From NCBI GenBank assembly GCA_947426305.1, contig CANEDP010000005.1, forward strand, positions 26,404-90,403: 64,000 nt of DNA, read 5' to 3'. Both the position numbers and the translations under genes were made by a program. Below the pieces are notes generated by a model. The model saw only the letters and a list, made by a program, of their open reading frames with translations. It ran no database searches and was not told where the DNA came from. Each line of letters begins with the position of its first letter. The first letter of the stretch is position 1. Source of the stretch: an uncultured Clostridia bacterium (GTDB lineage: Bacteria; Bacillota; Clostridia; TANB77; CAG-508). Positions 1 through 9,527 of this stretch are shown in pieces.

Positions 1-2
1 AT

Positions 3-716
3 GGATATGTTTCTGTACTTTTCAAAAATACAACCCATACATCAATTATTGCTCTTTATGATACAAATGGAAAAGAATTGTTTAAGTATTATTTTAAAGA
101 AACTCATGCGATTTGTGCGGAAGTTTCAGAAAACGATAAATATTTAGCCATAGGAAAAATTGATTATTCAGGCACAGTTGTAAAATCCATAGTAGAATTA
201 ATTTCCATTGATTCCGCAATTCAGAATTCAAAGCGTTATATACTATATACTTATGAATCAGAATCAGGTAAAATTTTAAACAACATAAAATTCAATAGTA
301 AACACGAAGCCATTTGCAGATTTGCTTCGTATGTCCAAAAAGTAACAAGTTTGTCAGACGAAAGACTATACGATGTTAAAAATGAAGACACTTTTGTGGA
401 TATAAATTTAGGAGATCATTTCGTTGTAATTGAAAAGGAGAATTCTGGACTATTTTCTTATCAATATCAAATGAATATCAAAAGCACAACTGGAAAAAGT
501 GATAAATTATACATTTTAGAAAACGACGCGCCAAAAAGCTTGCAACTCAACAAAAATTTAATTTGCACAAAACTGGTTGGCGAAGTAAGAGTGATTAGCT
601 CTAATGGTTGGTTAATCAAAAAATATAAGACTAATACTGAAATACAAGATATTGTACTAGGTGATAGTATTATGGGAATTGTATATAATAATAAAATCGA
701 AGTAATCAATCTGTAA
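3..716 (+). CDS. hypothetical protein, 5' partial (open from window start)
   Basis: Frame 3 is open from nt 3 with no start codon inside the window. It is a beta-rich repetitive sequence with no recognised family. Confidence 0.45.
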   Translation, partial: GYVSVLFKNTTHTSIIALYDTNGKELFKYYFKETHAICAEVSENDKYLAIGKIDYSGTVVKSIVELISIDSAIQNSKRYILYTYESESGKILNNIKFNSKHEAICRFASYVQKVTSLSDERLYDVKNEDTFVDINLGDHFVVIEKENSGLFSYQYQMNIKSTTGKSDKLYILENDAPKSLQLNKNLICTKLVGEVRVISSNGWLIKKYKTNTEIQDIVLGDSIMGIVYNNKIEVINL

Positions 717-731
717 TTTAGGAGGAGTCAT

Positions 732-1416
732 ATGGCAGGAATTGTAGTAGATATTATACTTTTCTTTATCGTAGCAGGAAATGCGACAATTGGCTACCGA
801 AGAGGACTAGCGCGTGTGGTTTTTAATATTTGTTCAACAATTGTTGCAATCATTTTGGTATTTGTTTTGTATCAACCAACAACGAATTTTGTGATTAACA
901 ATACCAAATTATCTGAAAAAATGGAAACTGCTTTCCAAGAAAATTTGCAATATATATTTGAAACCAATGGAAACGAAACACCTCAAGAATTGCAAGAAAA
1001 TAAAAATCTTATGAATGCTTTAAATGTATTTATTGGCGATGAAATGGGAAATTTAATACAAGATACAACTGATAGCGTTGTCAAATATGTATCTATTCAA
1101 ATATCTCATAAAATCATTAGTGTAGTGGTATTTTTTGCATTATTTACGATCATAAGATTAGCCTTATATGTTTTAAGAAACTATGTTGAATTAATTGGTG
1201 ATTTACCAATTATCCGCGTATTCAACGGGTCAGGGCGGAATGATTTATGGAATTATCAAAGGATTCTTGCTAATTTACGTTTTATTTGCTATAATATCAC
1301 TTATCTTACCAATTATGGAAAATACAGGTCTCATGACTGCGATTCAAAGTGCGCCAATTGGTAGTAAAATGTTTAATAACAATATTATCTTAAACTTAAT
1401 ATTTAAGTTTTTATAA
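732..1416 (+). CDS. cvpA: CvpA family membrane protein (colicin V production); interrupted by a +1 frame change at CGG 1236-1238
   Basis: Good RBS (ggagg). Two TM-rich ORFs (732-1364 and 1195-1416) rejoin as FNGSG-GMIYGIIKGFLL if the C of CGG is skipped. This is a CvpA-like N-terminal TM architecture. Confidence 0.7.
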
Positions 1417-1422
1417 AATTAA

Positions 1423-2529
1423 ATGAAATATGGAGATGGTAATTTGAGAAGAGATAAAAAAAGTAAAGAAAAAAAGAAGAAGAAAAAATTGGGAAAAGTT
1501 TTATTAATTGTTGTAGTGATTGTTATGATGTGTTTAGGTGGATATTTGGGATACTCCATTTCTAAAAACGGTGGTGGTCTGCAAGGTGTTTTAGCAACTG
1601 TTTTGGGGCAAGATATGGAAGATTTACAAAATTTAGATACCATTCACATTCTCGTTCTAGGAATTAGCGAAGACCTTGATTCGAGACTAACAGACACCAT
1701 TATGGTATGTTCGTATAATCCCAAAACGCAAAGAACATCTATGTTATCGATTCCAAGAGATACTTTTATTGGAAAAAACAAAAATAAAGCCTCAGGCTAT
1801 GACAAAATAAATGCTGTATATGCTAGCAAAGGGCCAGAAGGAACGGTCAAAGTAGTGGAAGAAATAACAGGAATGACGATTCCTTATTATGCAGTCATCA
1901 ACAATCAAGTCGTCATTGATTTAGTAAACGATATTGGCGGAGTCTATTTCGACGTGCCAATCAAAATGAATTATGACGACAAAACGCAAAATTTACACAT
2001 TCACTTAGAAAAAGGATACCAAAAACTAGACGGCGATCATGCAGAACAATTATTAAGATTTCGCCACAACAATAACGGAAGTTCCTATTCAGCAGAATAT
2101 GGAGACAACGATTTTGGTAGAATGAAAACCCAAAGAGAATTCATGATGGCAGTTGCTAAGCAAACATTAAGCCTAAAAAATATAACCCACATCAAAACGA
2201 TTATGACGACTATTTTCGAAAACGTAGAAACTAATCTAACCCTAGACGATATCTTCCCGTACGTACCATGGGCGGTAAGTTTCGACACAGCTAACATCAG
2301 TAGCAACCAAGTTGTAGGAACGCCACAAGAATACAACAAACTAAGTTTCTTCTCCCATGACGAAGAAAAAACAGCAGAAATCGTAAAAGAAATGACCAAT
2401 TATGTAGAAGGAATCGAAGAAGTACAAGATCCAGAAGGCGAAACAGAAAATGTTACCGATTCGGAGAATAGTACGAAAGAAACCAATACAAGCAAAACAA
2501 CGAACACAACGAAAAAGAATAAAAAATAA
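1423..2529 (+). CDS. LytR-CpsA-Psr (LCP) family cell-wall polymer transferase
   Basis: Lys-rich N-terminus and a single TM helix. The LCP core region contains the motifs ILVLGISED, DTIMV, SIPRDT and INAVY. Confidence 0.8.
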   Translation: MKYGDGNLRRDKKSKEKKKKKKLGKVLLIVVVIVMMCLGGYLGYSISKNGGGLQGVLATVLGQDMEDLQNLDTIHILVLGISEDLDSRLTDTIMVCSYNPKTQRTSMLSIPRDTFIGKNKNKASGYDKINAVYASKGPEGTVKVVEEITGMTIPYYAVINNQVVIDLVNDIGGVYFDVPIKMNYDDKTQNLHIHLEKGYQKLDGDHAEQLLRFRHNNNGSSYSAEYGDNDFGRMKTQREFMMAVAKQTLSLKNITHIKTIMTTIFENVETNLTLDDIFPYVPWAVSFDTANISSNQVVGTPQEYNKLSFFSHDEEKTAEIVKEMTNYVEGIEEVQDPEGETENVTDSENSTKETNTSKTTNTTKKNKK

Positions 2530-2584
2530 ACAAAAAAAGCTTGCATTTTCCTTAACAAGCCTTTATAATAGAAAGCATAGGAAT

Positions 2585-3832
2585 TTATTTCCTATGCTTT
2601 TTCTTATTTCTTTGTGTCTTTTTCTGTTGTCTCAGAAGAATTCCAACTCCCAAAATCAGCAAAAGAATCGCTCCAAACAAAACAAAAAGATTTACATTTA
2701 TTTTGGCTATAACTTCTGTTTCAGCAACAAGATTGGTTGAATATTCCACATCATCAATCCTGTAAGTCATTTTTCCCAAAACACTACCTGCCTCAATTGG
2801 TGCTTCCAAATTTTCATTTAGCGTAATATCAGGTGTCAAACTGTTTAAATCAATTTCTGTATTAAGATAGGCAGACAAATCGTCTTTTGCAAGTAAATTT
2901 AGACTTCGTGTATCCTTATTTCCATTCTCAATTTCGATATTTTTCACAACATCATTTGCCTTTACAATATCACGAAATCCGAAATCGTGGAATCCATAAT
3001 CAAACAAAGCCTTTGTGTCAATATATCGCTCGCTTAAACCTTCCGCGTTTGTTCCTGCGTGCAATACAACTCCAATTAATTCCACATTATTTTTTCGTGC
3101 TGCAGAAATTAAACAATTTTTTGCCTCTGTTGTATATCCTGTTTTAATACCAATCACATTTTCTTGATAATAACGACTATTCGGACGAATCATATCATTT
3201 GTCGTAAGGCAAATTCTGTCTTGTGCAGGATATTGATTGGTTGCAGGCAACGTATAAGAAGTGGTTGATACATAATTTCGAAATGTTTCATTCTTCATAG
3301 CATAATGTGCCATTAAATACAAATCGTAAGCTGTAGAATAATGATTTTCATGATGAATTCCATTTGGGTTGACAAAATGTGTATTTTGACACCCAAGTTC
3401 TTTTGCTTTTTCATTCATTTTATCTGCAAAACTTTCCACAGAACCACTAATATGCTCTGCCAAAACAACAGCCGCATCATTTGCCGATTTCACCATTAAA
3501 GCATACATCAAATCTTTCACACAAATCTGCTCATTTTCCCTCAAATTACAATTCACATAACCAGACGGAATCGAGAAAACAGCATTACGACTAACGGTTG
3601 CCATTTCTTCTAAATCACAATTTTCTAACACGAGAATCGCAGTCATCACTTTTGTGGTGCTTGCTGGGTACATTTTTTCGTGAGAATTTTTTTCAAACAA
3701 TATTTTTCCCGTACTAGATTCCACCAAAATTGCAGCACTAGAGGCAACAGGCGGTTCTACAGCCAAACTAATATGAGAAAATAATAAACAAAATAGAATC
3801 AAAATCATACCAATTTTTCTTTTGAACTTCAT
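2585..3832 (-). CDS. dacB: D-alanyl-D-alanine carboxypeptidase (serine-type, PBP5/DacB-like)
   Basis: Signal peptide, the active-site SXXK motif (ASTTK), the SAN motif (VKSANDAA) and the KTG motif (IKTGYT). A C-terminal TM anchor is present. Confidence 0.85.
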   Translation of the reverse strand: MKFKRKIGMILILFCLLFSHISLAVEPPVASSAAILVESSTGKILFEKNSHEKMYPASTTKVMTAILVLENCDLEEMATVSRNAVFSIPSGYVNCNLRENEQICVKDLMYALMVKSANDAAVVLAEHISGSVESFADKMNEKAKELGCQNTHFVNPNGIHHENHYSTAYDLYLMAHYAMKNETFRNYVSTTSYTLPATNQYPAQDRICLTTNDMIRPNSRYYQENVIGIKTGYTTEAKNCLISAARKNNVELIGVVLHAGTNAEGLSERYIDTKALFDYGFHDFGFRDIVKANDVVKNIEIENGNKDTRSLNLLAKDDLSAYLNTEIDLNSLTPDITLNENLEAPIEAGSVLGKMTYRIDDVEYSTNLVAETEVIAKINVNLFVLFGAILLLILGVGILLRQQKKTQRNKKKHRK

Positions 3833-3924
3833 AAAAAACTCCTTTAAATCTTTTCCTTAATCATATCTTAAAAGTTGACAAAATTCAACAAAAAATAAAA
3901 ATAAAATCAGAAAGGGTGATGTAA

Positions 3925-4542
3925 ATGATGGATAAACAAAAAATAATTAAAATAGCAATCGCAGTTGTTATCGTAATTCTAGCGATTGTATACTATTTTT
4001 CTACCAAAGAAGAAAATTCCTATGATGACATTTTAGTAAATAATGTCGTGATTGAAAATAAAGTAGAAGAGGAAAAACAAGAGTCAGAGAAGGAAAGTAG
4101 TTTTATCAAAGTATATGTGGCTGGGGAAGTAAATAGCCCTGGCGTAATTGAATTAGAGGAGGGTTCGAGAATTGAAGATGCAATCCAAGGGGCAGGAGGA
4201 GTGAAGGCAGAAGCAAATTTGAAAAATATTAATTTAGCGTATGAAGTGTCAGATGGTGAGAAAATTTATATTCCGAATCTTTCAGAAGAAAGTGAAGACG
4301 AAAATGTGCTAGAGCCAAATACTTCAAATTCGAGCACTAATGCAAAAGGTAAAGTGAACATTAACAAAGCAACTGCTACAGAATTAACGAGTGTTCCTGG
4401 AATTGGAGCATCAACAGCGCAGAAAATTATAACGTATCGTGAAGAAAATGGGAAATTTCAAACAATTGAAGATGTGAAAAAGGTGTCAGGTATTGGGGAT
4501 AGCAAGTTTGAGAGTATGAAGGATTTTATTGCAGTAAAATAG
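3925..4542 (+). CDS. comEA: competence protein ComEA (helix-hairpin-helix DNA-binding)
   Basis: N-terminal TM helix followed by a SLBB-like region (VYVAGEVNSPGV). The C-terminus has tandem HhH repeats (INKATATELTSVPGIGASTAQKII ... VSGIGDSKF). Confidence 0.85.
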   Translation: MMDKQKIIKIAIAVVIVILAIVYYFSTKEENSYDDILVNNVVIENKVEEEKQESEKESSFIKVYVAGEVNSPGVIELEEGSRIEDAIQGAGGVKAEANLKNINLAYEVSDGEKIYIPNLSEESEDENVLEPNTSNSSTNAKGKVNINKATATELTSVPGIGASTAQKIITYREENGKFQTIEDVKKVSGIGDSKFESMKDFIAVK

Positions 4543-4640
4543 ATATATCAATATTATAAAGATATTTTGATAGAATATTGATATAAAAACGAAGGGATTA
4601 TAAAAATGGAAGAGAAAAAGAATTAGAAGAAAAAAGTAAT

Positions 4641-5264
4641 GTGCAAAAAATGCACTTTGCTAATTCAGATAGACCTATAGCGTTATATAATCTTGATGTG
4701 GTTATATCAGTAGGATATCGTGTAAAGTCAAAAAATGGCATTTTATTCAGAAAATGGGCAAACAAAATCCTGAAAGATTACCTAGTAAAAGGATATGCCG
4801 TAAACCAAAGAAGATTAGAATATTTGGAGAAAACAATTAAACTGATTAATATAGCCAATAGAATTGATGAGAGGCTAGAAGGTAATGATGCAAGAGAAAT
4901 TTTAAAAGTGATAGGAGATTACTCGAAAGCATTGGATTTGTTAGATGATTATGATCATAGAACATTAAGGAAAATACAGGGAAAGAAAGATGAAAGAAGA
5001 ATTGAATATGGAAAATGTATAGAACTTATCAATCAATTAAGGTTGTATGAACAGAGTTTGTTGTTTGCTATAGAAAGGGACAAAGGGTTGGAAGCTATTA
5101 TTGGTAATTTGTATCAAAGTTTTGCAGGACAAGATGTTTATAAAAGTATTGAAGAAAAAGGTGCAAATTTATTGTATTTAGTTGTTAAAAATCATGTTTT
5201 TGTAGATGGAAATAAACGAATTGGAGCGACATTATTTTTGAATTTTTTAAATAGTGAAAATTAG
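4641..5264 (+). pseudogene. RhuM-family / Fic-Doc domain protein remnant (N-terminally truncated)
   Basis: Carries the RhuM signature YNLDVVISVGYRVKSKNGILFRKWA and a Doc-type motif HVFVDGNKRIGA. Homology continues upstream in-frame (EKELEEKS) to a stop at ~4584 with no start codon, so about 70 N-terminal residues are missing. Confidence 0.6.
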
Positions 5265-5356
5265 CAAAGATTTTGCAATTATTTTATATAATAGTCTTGC
5301 TATTATATGCAAATTTTGATATGCTATCTGTATAATATTGATAGGAGGAAAAAACG

Positions 5357-5614
5357 ATGCCAATGATTAGACCAAGCTCAGATTTAAGAAATAACTATAA
5401 TGAAATATCGAAAATATGCCATGAAACCAAAGATGCCGTATATATTACGAAAAATGGAACAGGTGATTTGGCTGTGATGAGTATTGAATTATATGAAGAT
5501 ATGATAGAGAAATTTGAAATTTATGAAAGAATTAAGAAAACACTTCAAGAGATTGAGCAAAATAAATGGGAAAAGGATTCTTGGAATGAAATAGAAAAAG
5601 AAGGAACAGATTAA
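5357..5614 (+). CDS. Phd/YefM family type II antitoxin (orphan)
   Basis: An 85-aa protein whose N-terminus (MIRPSSDLRNNYNEISKICHETKDAVYITKNG) matches Phd/YefM. It has an RBS, and no cognate toxin lies downstream. Confidence 0.7.
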   Translation: MPMIRPSSDLRNNYNEISKICHETKDAVYITKNGTGDLAVMSIELYEDMIEKFEIYERIKKTLQEIEQNKWEKDSWNEIEKEGTD

Positions 5615-5646
5615 CGAAAAACCTACTTCGATGAGAAGTAGGTTTT

Positions 5647-6754
5647 TTATGGATTCAAATACTTCCTAGCCCTTTTTTTCAACTTTTTGGCACGATAAAC
5701 AACAATATGCCTGTTCAAAAAAGCAATCAATAATCGAATGCCAACTAGTCCCATTAAAATGTAAATAAATACGGTAAAACGAAACGAAGAGGGATCAGAT
5801 GAATTTTCAGTTCCAACAACATCGGCTTTTGATTCTTCGGTGGAATTATTTGGGGCAATTTCTTCGTTTTTTTCAGTCACAGCGTAGGAAGCAAAATTGT
5901 TATTTCCATATTCCAATAAATTAATGGTGTCCAAATATCTTGCACTTCGTCCGTCTTCAGTGGTTTCGGCGTGTAAAACGACTGAAATCAATTCCAAACC
6001 ATCTTTTTGACTCATACAAATTAAGCAATTTTTTGCTTGTGTGGTAAAACCTGTTTTTCCAGCAATTGCATAAGGATAATAGAATTGACTGCTTTCTGCC
6101 ATTAAACTATTGGTATTGACTAAGACACGGTCTTCTGACGGATATTGATCTGTAGCAGGCAGTATGTATTGCTTGCTACAGATAATTTTGCGAAAAGTTT
6201 CATTTTGCATACAATATTTTGCCATAATTGCTAAATCGTGAGCTGTTGTTATATGATTGTCATCATGAATTCCGTTGGCATTGACAAAGTGTGTGCCTGT
6301 ACAACCGAAGTTCAATGGCTTTGGCGTTCATCATGTTAGCAAAGTTTTCAATGGAACCACCTACTCGTTCTGCAATGACGTTGGCTGCTTCGTTTGCTGA
6401 TTTTAGTAAAAGCGCATATAATAAATCTTCCATAGAAAGTTGTTCACCAACTTGAATTTTCGCGTTGGTGTAGCCACTTTTGATGCAAGTTATGGCAGAT
6501 TCACTTGCTGTGATTTTTTCGGAAAGGTCACAATGTTCGATTGCAAGAATAGCGGTTAAAATTTTAGTGGTACTTGCTGGATACATTAAGGTATTGGCAT
6601 TTTTTTCATATAAAACATTGCCAGTATGATAGTCTATTAAAATAGCGGACGGTGAGTAAATCATTGGTTCGTCAGCAAAAACGGAATTGCTTATAAAAAA
6701 ATTAGCGAAAACTAATAAAAATAGTAGAATAAAAATTTTTTTGTAAAAAATCAT
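5647..6754 (-). CDS. D-alanyl-D-alanine carboxypeptidase paralog; interrupted by a +1 frame change at CGG (plus-strand CCG 6305-6307)
   Basis: Two ORFs (6263-6793 and 5647-6315) carry SXXK (ASTTK), SAN (LKSANEAA) and KTG (GKTGFT) motifs. They rejoin as AIELG-CTGTHFVNANG, matching the intact paralog's ELGCQNTHFVNPNG. The likely start is the ATG at 6754 with a GAGGAGA RBS. Confidence 0.7.
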
Positions 6755-6834
6755 TAAAAATCTCCTCTTTTGGTAATAATAAAACATATACATTATATAC
6801 TTAAATAGAACTAAAATAAAGAGGAAATAAAAAA

Positions 6835-7827
6835 TTGATCATTTATATTTTAACATTTATTATGATAATTATTTTAATATTTACCAATGCCATAACTGAC
6901 GCGCCGAATGCGATTGCAACTTTGGTGGGGACAAAGGTGATGCCATTTCGAAAAGCAGCAAATTTGAGTGCCATTTTTAATTTTATTGGAATTATTGTGA
7001 TGAGCTTTATCAATATTTCAGTTGCTAATTGTATTAGTTCGATGGTAGATTTAAAAGATAGCGAAAATGGGATGATTGTACTGTTGTCTGGCATTATTTC
7101 GGTTATTTTGTTTGCGTTAGTGGCTATGAAATTTGGAATACCAACTAGTGAAACTCATGGCTTAATTGCAGGTTTGACAGGTGCGGCTGTTGCAATTTAT
7201 GGCTGGAATTCGGTTAGTTTGTATGAATGGAGAAACGTGCTAATTGGATTGGGTTGGTCGATTGTAGGAACATTTGTGATTGGATACCTTGTGACTAAAA
7301 TATTTAAAAAAATAATAAACTTAAAGAATGAGAATATTGAAAAATGGCAAATGATTGGATGCTGTGGAATGTCTTTTATGCATGGAGCACAGGATGGACA
7401 AAAATTTATTGGAATTTTAATTATATTTTTTAGTTTAGTAAGAAATAGTTATATTCCTAGTCAAATTAATCCGCTAAATTATGCAGGAATTATTATCTAT
7501 ACAGCATTTATCATGGCGATGGGAGTTTCCATTGGTGGGAAGAAAATTGTGGATAATATAGGAAGCCAAATGGCAAAATTGGATAATAAACAAGCCCTAA
7601 TGAGTGATATCACTACAGTTTTTACGTTATTTATTGCAAGTATGACTGGAATTCCAGTTAGCACGACTCATGCTAAAACAGTTTCTATTATAGCAGTTGG
7701 AAATAGCGAAAAATCTAAAATTGATCGAAAAAAAGTATTTAGTATTTGTAAAGCATGGTTTTGGAATTTTCCAGTTTCAGGTTTGATTGGTTATGTTTTG
7801 GCAACTGTAATAGGTAAGATTGTTTAA
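6835..7827 (+). CDS. pit: inorganic phosphate transporter, PiT family
   Basis: Polytopic membrane protein carrying the PiT signature motifs (NAITDAPNAIAT and GAQDGQKFIG). Confidence 0.85.
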   Translation: MIIYILTFIMIIILIFTNAITDAPNAIATLVGTKVMPFRKAANLSAIFNFIGIIVMSFINISVANCISSMVDLKDSENGMIVLLSGIISVILFALVAMKFGIPTSETHGLIAGLTGAAVAIYGWNSVSLYEWRNVLIGLGWSIVGTFVIGYLVTKIFKKIINLKNENIEKWQMIGCCGMSFMHGAQDGQKFIGILIIFFSLVRNSYIPSQINPLNYAGIIIYTAFIMAMGVSIGGKKIVDNIGSQMAKLDNKQALMSDITTVFTLFIASMTGIPVSTTHAKTVSIIAVGNSEKSKIDRKKVFSICKAWFWNFPVSGLIGYVLATVIGKIV

Positions 7828-8070
7828 TTAAAAATCAAAAAATTTCTTTAAGTCATCGAAATTAATATCTAATACAAGACAAAAGGCAACTAATTCAAAA
7901 TCTTTAACAATCATTTGGTTATGCTCAATTCTATAAATTTCATTGCGTGACATTTCTATACCAAGAAGCTCTAGCTCTCTACATAAGTCAACTTTGGTGA
8001 ATTTTTTCTTTTCCCTAGCGGTTTTGATAAGATTACCTATAATATTTGGCTTATTGTTAAATTTTTTCAA
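7828..8070 (-). CDS. XRE-family HTH transcriptional regulator
   Basis: An 80-aa protein with an HTH_3-like N-terminus (IGNLIKTAREKKKFTKVDLCRELELLGIEMSRNEIYRIE). It is divergent from the blaI-like gene. Confidence 0.7.
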   Translation of the reverse strand: MKKFNNKPNIIGNLIKTAREKKKFTKVDLCRELELLGIEMSRNEIYRIEHNQMIVKDFELVAFCLVLDINFDDLKKFFDF

Positions 8071-8299
8071 AATATGCCTCCTTGTTTATTAGGTACGATA
8101 AACTTAATTTATATAAATACCATATGTCGATTTTTGTCAAATTTTGTCTAAAAATAGCGAAGCTATTGAAATCATTTTAGAAATGTGGTATATAAATGTA
8201 AAATGGTTTTATAGTTGTGTTGATTTTATAATAAGATTTATGCTACGATAAACAGGGAGACTGTTCATTTTTTAAAAATAAATATAAGGGGGGATTTGT

Positions 8300-8674
8300 A
8301 TGGTAAAGATATCTGATGCGGAATTAGAGGTAATGAAGGTTGTGTGGAATAGAAAGAGAGCGACTTCTGTTGAAATTATAGAGGATTTAAAAGATGTTAC
8401 TTGGAATTATAATACAATTAGAACTTTGATAAAAAGGTTACTTGTAAAAGGTGCAATTGAAATCGTCAAAAAAGAAGGAAAAACATACACATATAAAGCA
8501 GTAATTGGAGAAGATGAATATAAAGTAGATTTAACAAGAAAGATTTTGAAGAAATTGTATCATGGTTCAATTAGTGAATTTGTAATTCAGTATTGCGAAA
8601 ATGGTGGACTGACAGAAACAGAGGTAAAACAACTTATTGCAGAAATCAATAAAATGGCGGATCATATAAACTAA
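8300..8674 (+). CDS. BlaI/MecI/CopY family transcriptional repressor
   Basis: Winged-helix N-terminus (SDAELEVMKVVWNRKRATSVEIIEDL ... NTIRTLIKRLLVKGAI). There is no adjacent BlaR1/MecR1 sensor. Confidence 0.75.
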   Translation: MVKISDAELEVMKVVWNRKRATSVEIIEDLKDVTWNYNTIRTLIKRLLVKGAIEIVKKEGKTYTYKAVIGEDEYKVDLTRKILKKLYHGSISEFVIQYCENGGLTETEVKQLIAEINKMADHIN

Positions 8675-8719
8675 TAAAGAAAAGTACTGCTAGAAAGAGA
8701 CTAGCAGTACTTTTTACAG

Positions 8720-9322
8720 TTATGTCTTAATTTTAAAAGAAGATAAAACAGAAGAACTAATATTAGTATTAAACGGTAAATCATCTAAAGGAAATTCAAT
8801 ATCGAAAATATAAAGGGAGTCGCCAATTTGTAGCCAAGTAACTTGCAAATAAAAGGCTTTATTTAGTATTTTGTCTAAGTAATGAAAACTATAAGTATAA
8901 GCTAAATTCCCATTGACAGATAGTTCCTTTGTTTCAGATAAGTTCGAATGACTTTCAAAATTGCCTAAAAATGTATTTTTGTCTGCTTCCAAAATTTCAG
9001 CTAAGGCTTGATTTTGGATAGCATTTTCTTTTGTGATAAAAATATTTAAATTATTTTCGGAGCGAAGTTCCATAACATATCCTAAATCTGATTCACAATT
9101 TTTTAGATTAAGTGCGTTTGAAAGCTCAATGCTAATGGAATGATCGGAGCTTTCGAAAACAGTTGTAGATGGATTTGTTTTTGTTTTTTCAGGTTCTTTT
9201 GGAGTAGAAACTTTGTGAATGATTAGAAAAATAATCAAAAACAGTATTAGTACAAGAATAGCCGATGCTATAGCGACTTTTTTCTTATTCAAATGGCGTG
9301 GTTCTTGGTAAAAATCGTACAT
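8720..9322 (-). CDS. hypothetical membrane-anchored protein
   Basis: A 200-aa ORF with one N-terminal TM helix and no recognisable domain. Confidence 0.5.
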   Translation of the reverse strand: MYDFYQEPRHLNKKKVAIASAILVLILFLIIFLIIHKVSTPKEPEKTKTNPSTTVFESSDHSISIELSNALNLKNCESDLGYVMELRSENNLNIFITKENAIQNQALAEILEADKNTFLGNFESHSNLSETKELSVNGNLAYTYSFHYLDKILNKAFYLQVTWLQIGDSLYIFDIEFPLDDLPFNTNISSSVLSSFKIKT

Positions 9323-9527
9323 AATAATACCTCATTTTTAGTTTGTTAGATATACTATATTATATTTATGATAAAAATACAAGAAGATTGTGAAAAATAT
9401 GAAAAAAATATTGACAAGTGTAAAATAACATGATACAATTCGTTCAATTATTTCAAAAATATTTATTCTTATTTCAATTCGAAATAAAAAAATCAAAAAG
9501 AAAATTTAATAAAAAAGGAGTGATAAT

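Noticed and set aside
1195-1416. 73-aa ORF as an independent small membrane protein
   Set aside because: It is the C-terminal part of cvpA, read in the +1 frame after the CGG junction.
2450-2740. 96-aa plus-strand ORF spanning the LCP gene's 3' end and the dacB 3' end
   Set aside because: It overlaps two confident genes and is a Lys/Gln-rich low-complexity frame artifact.
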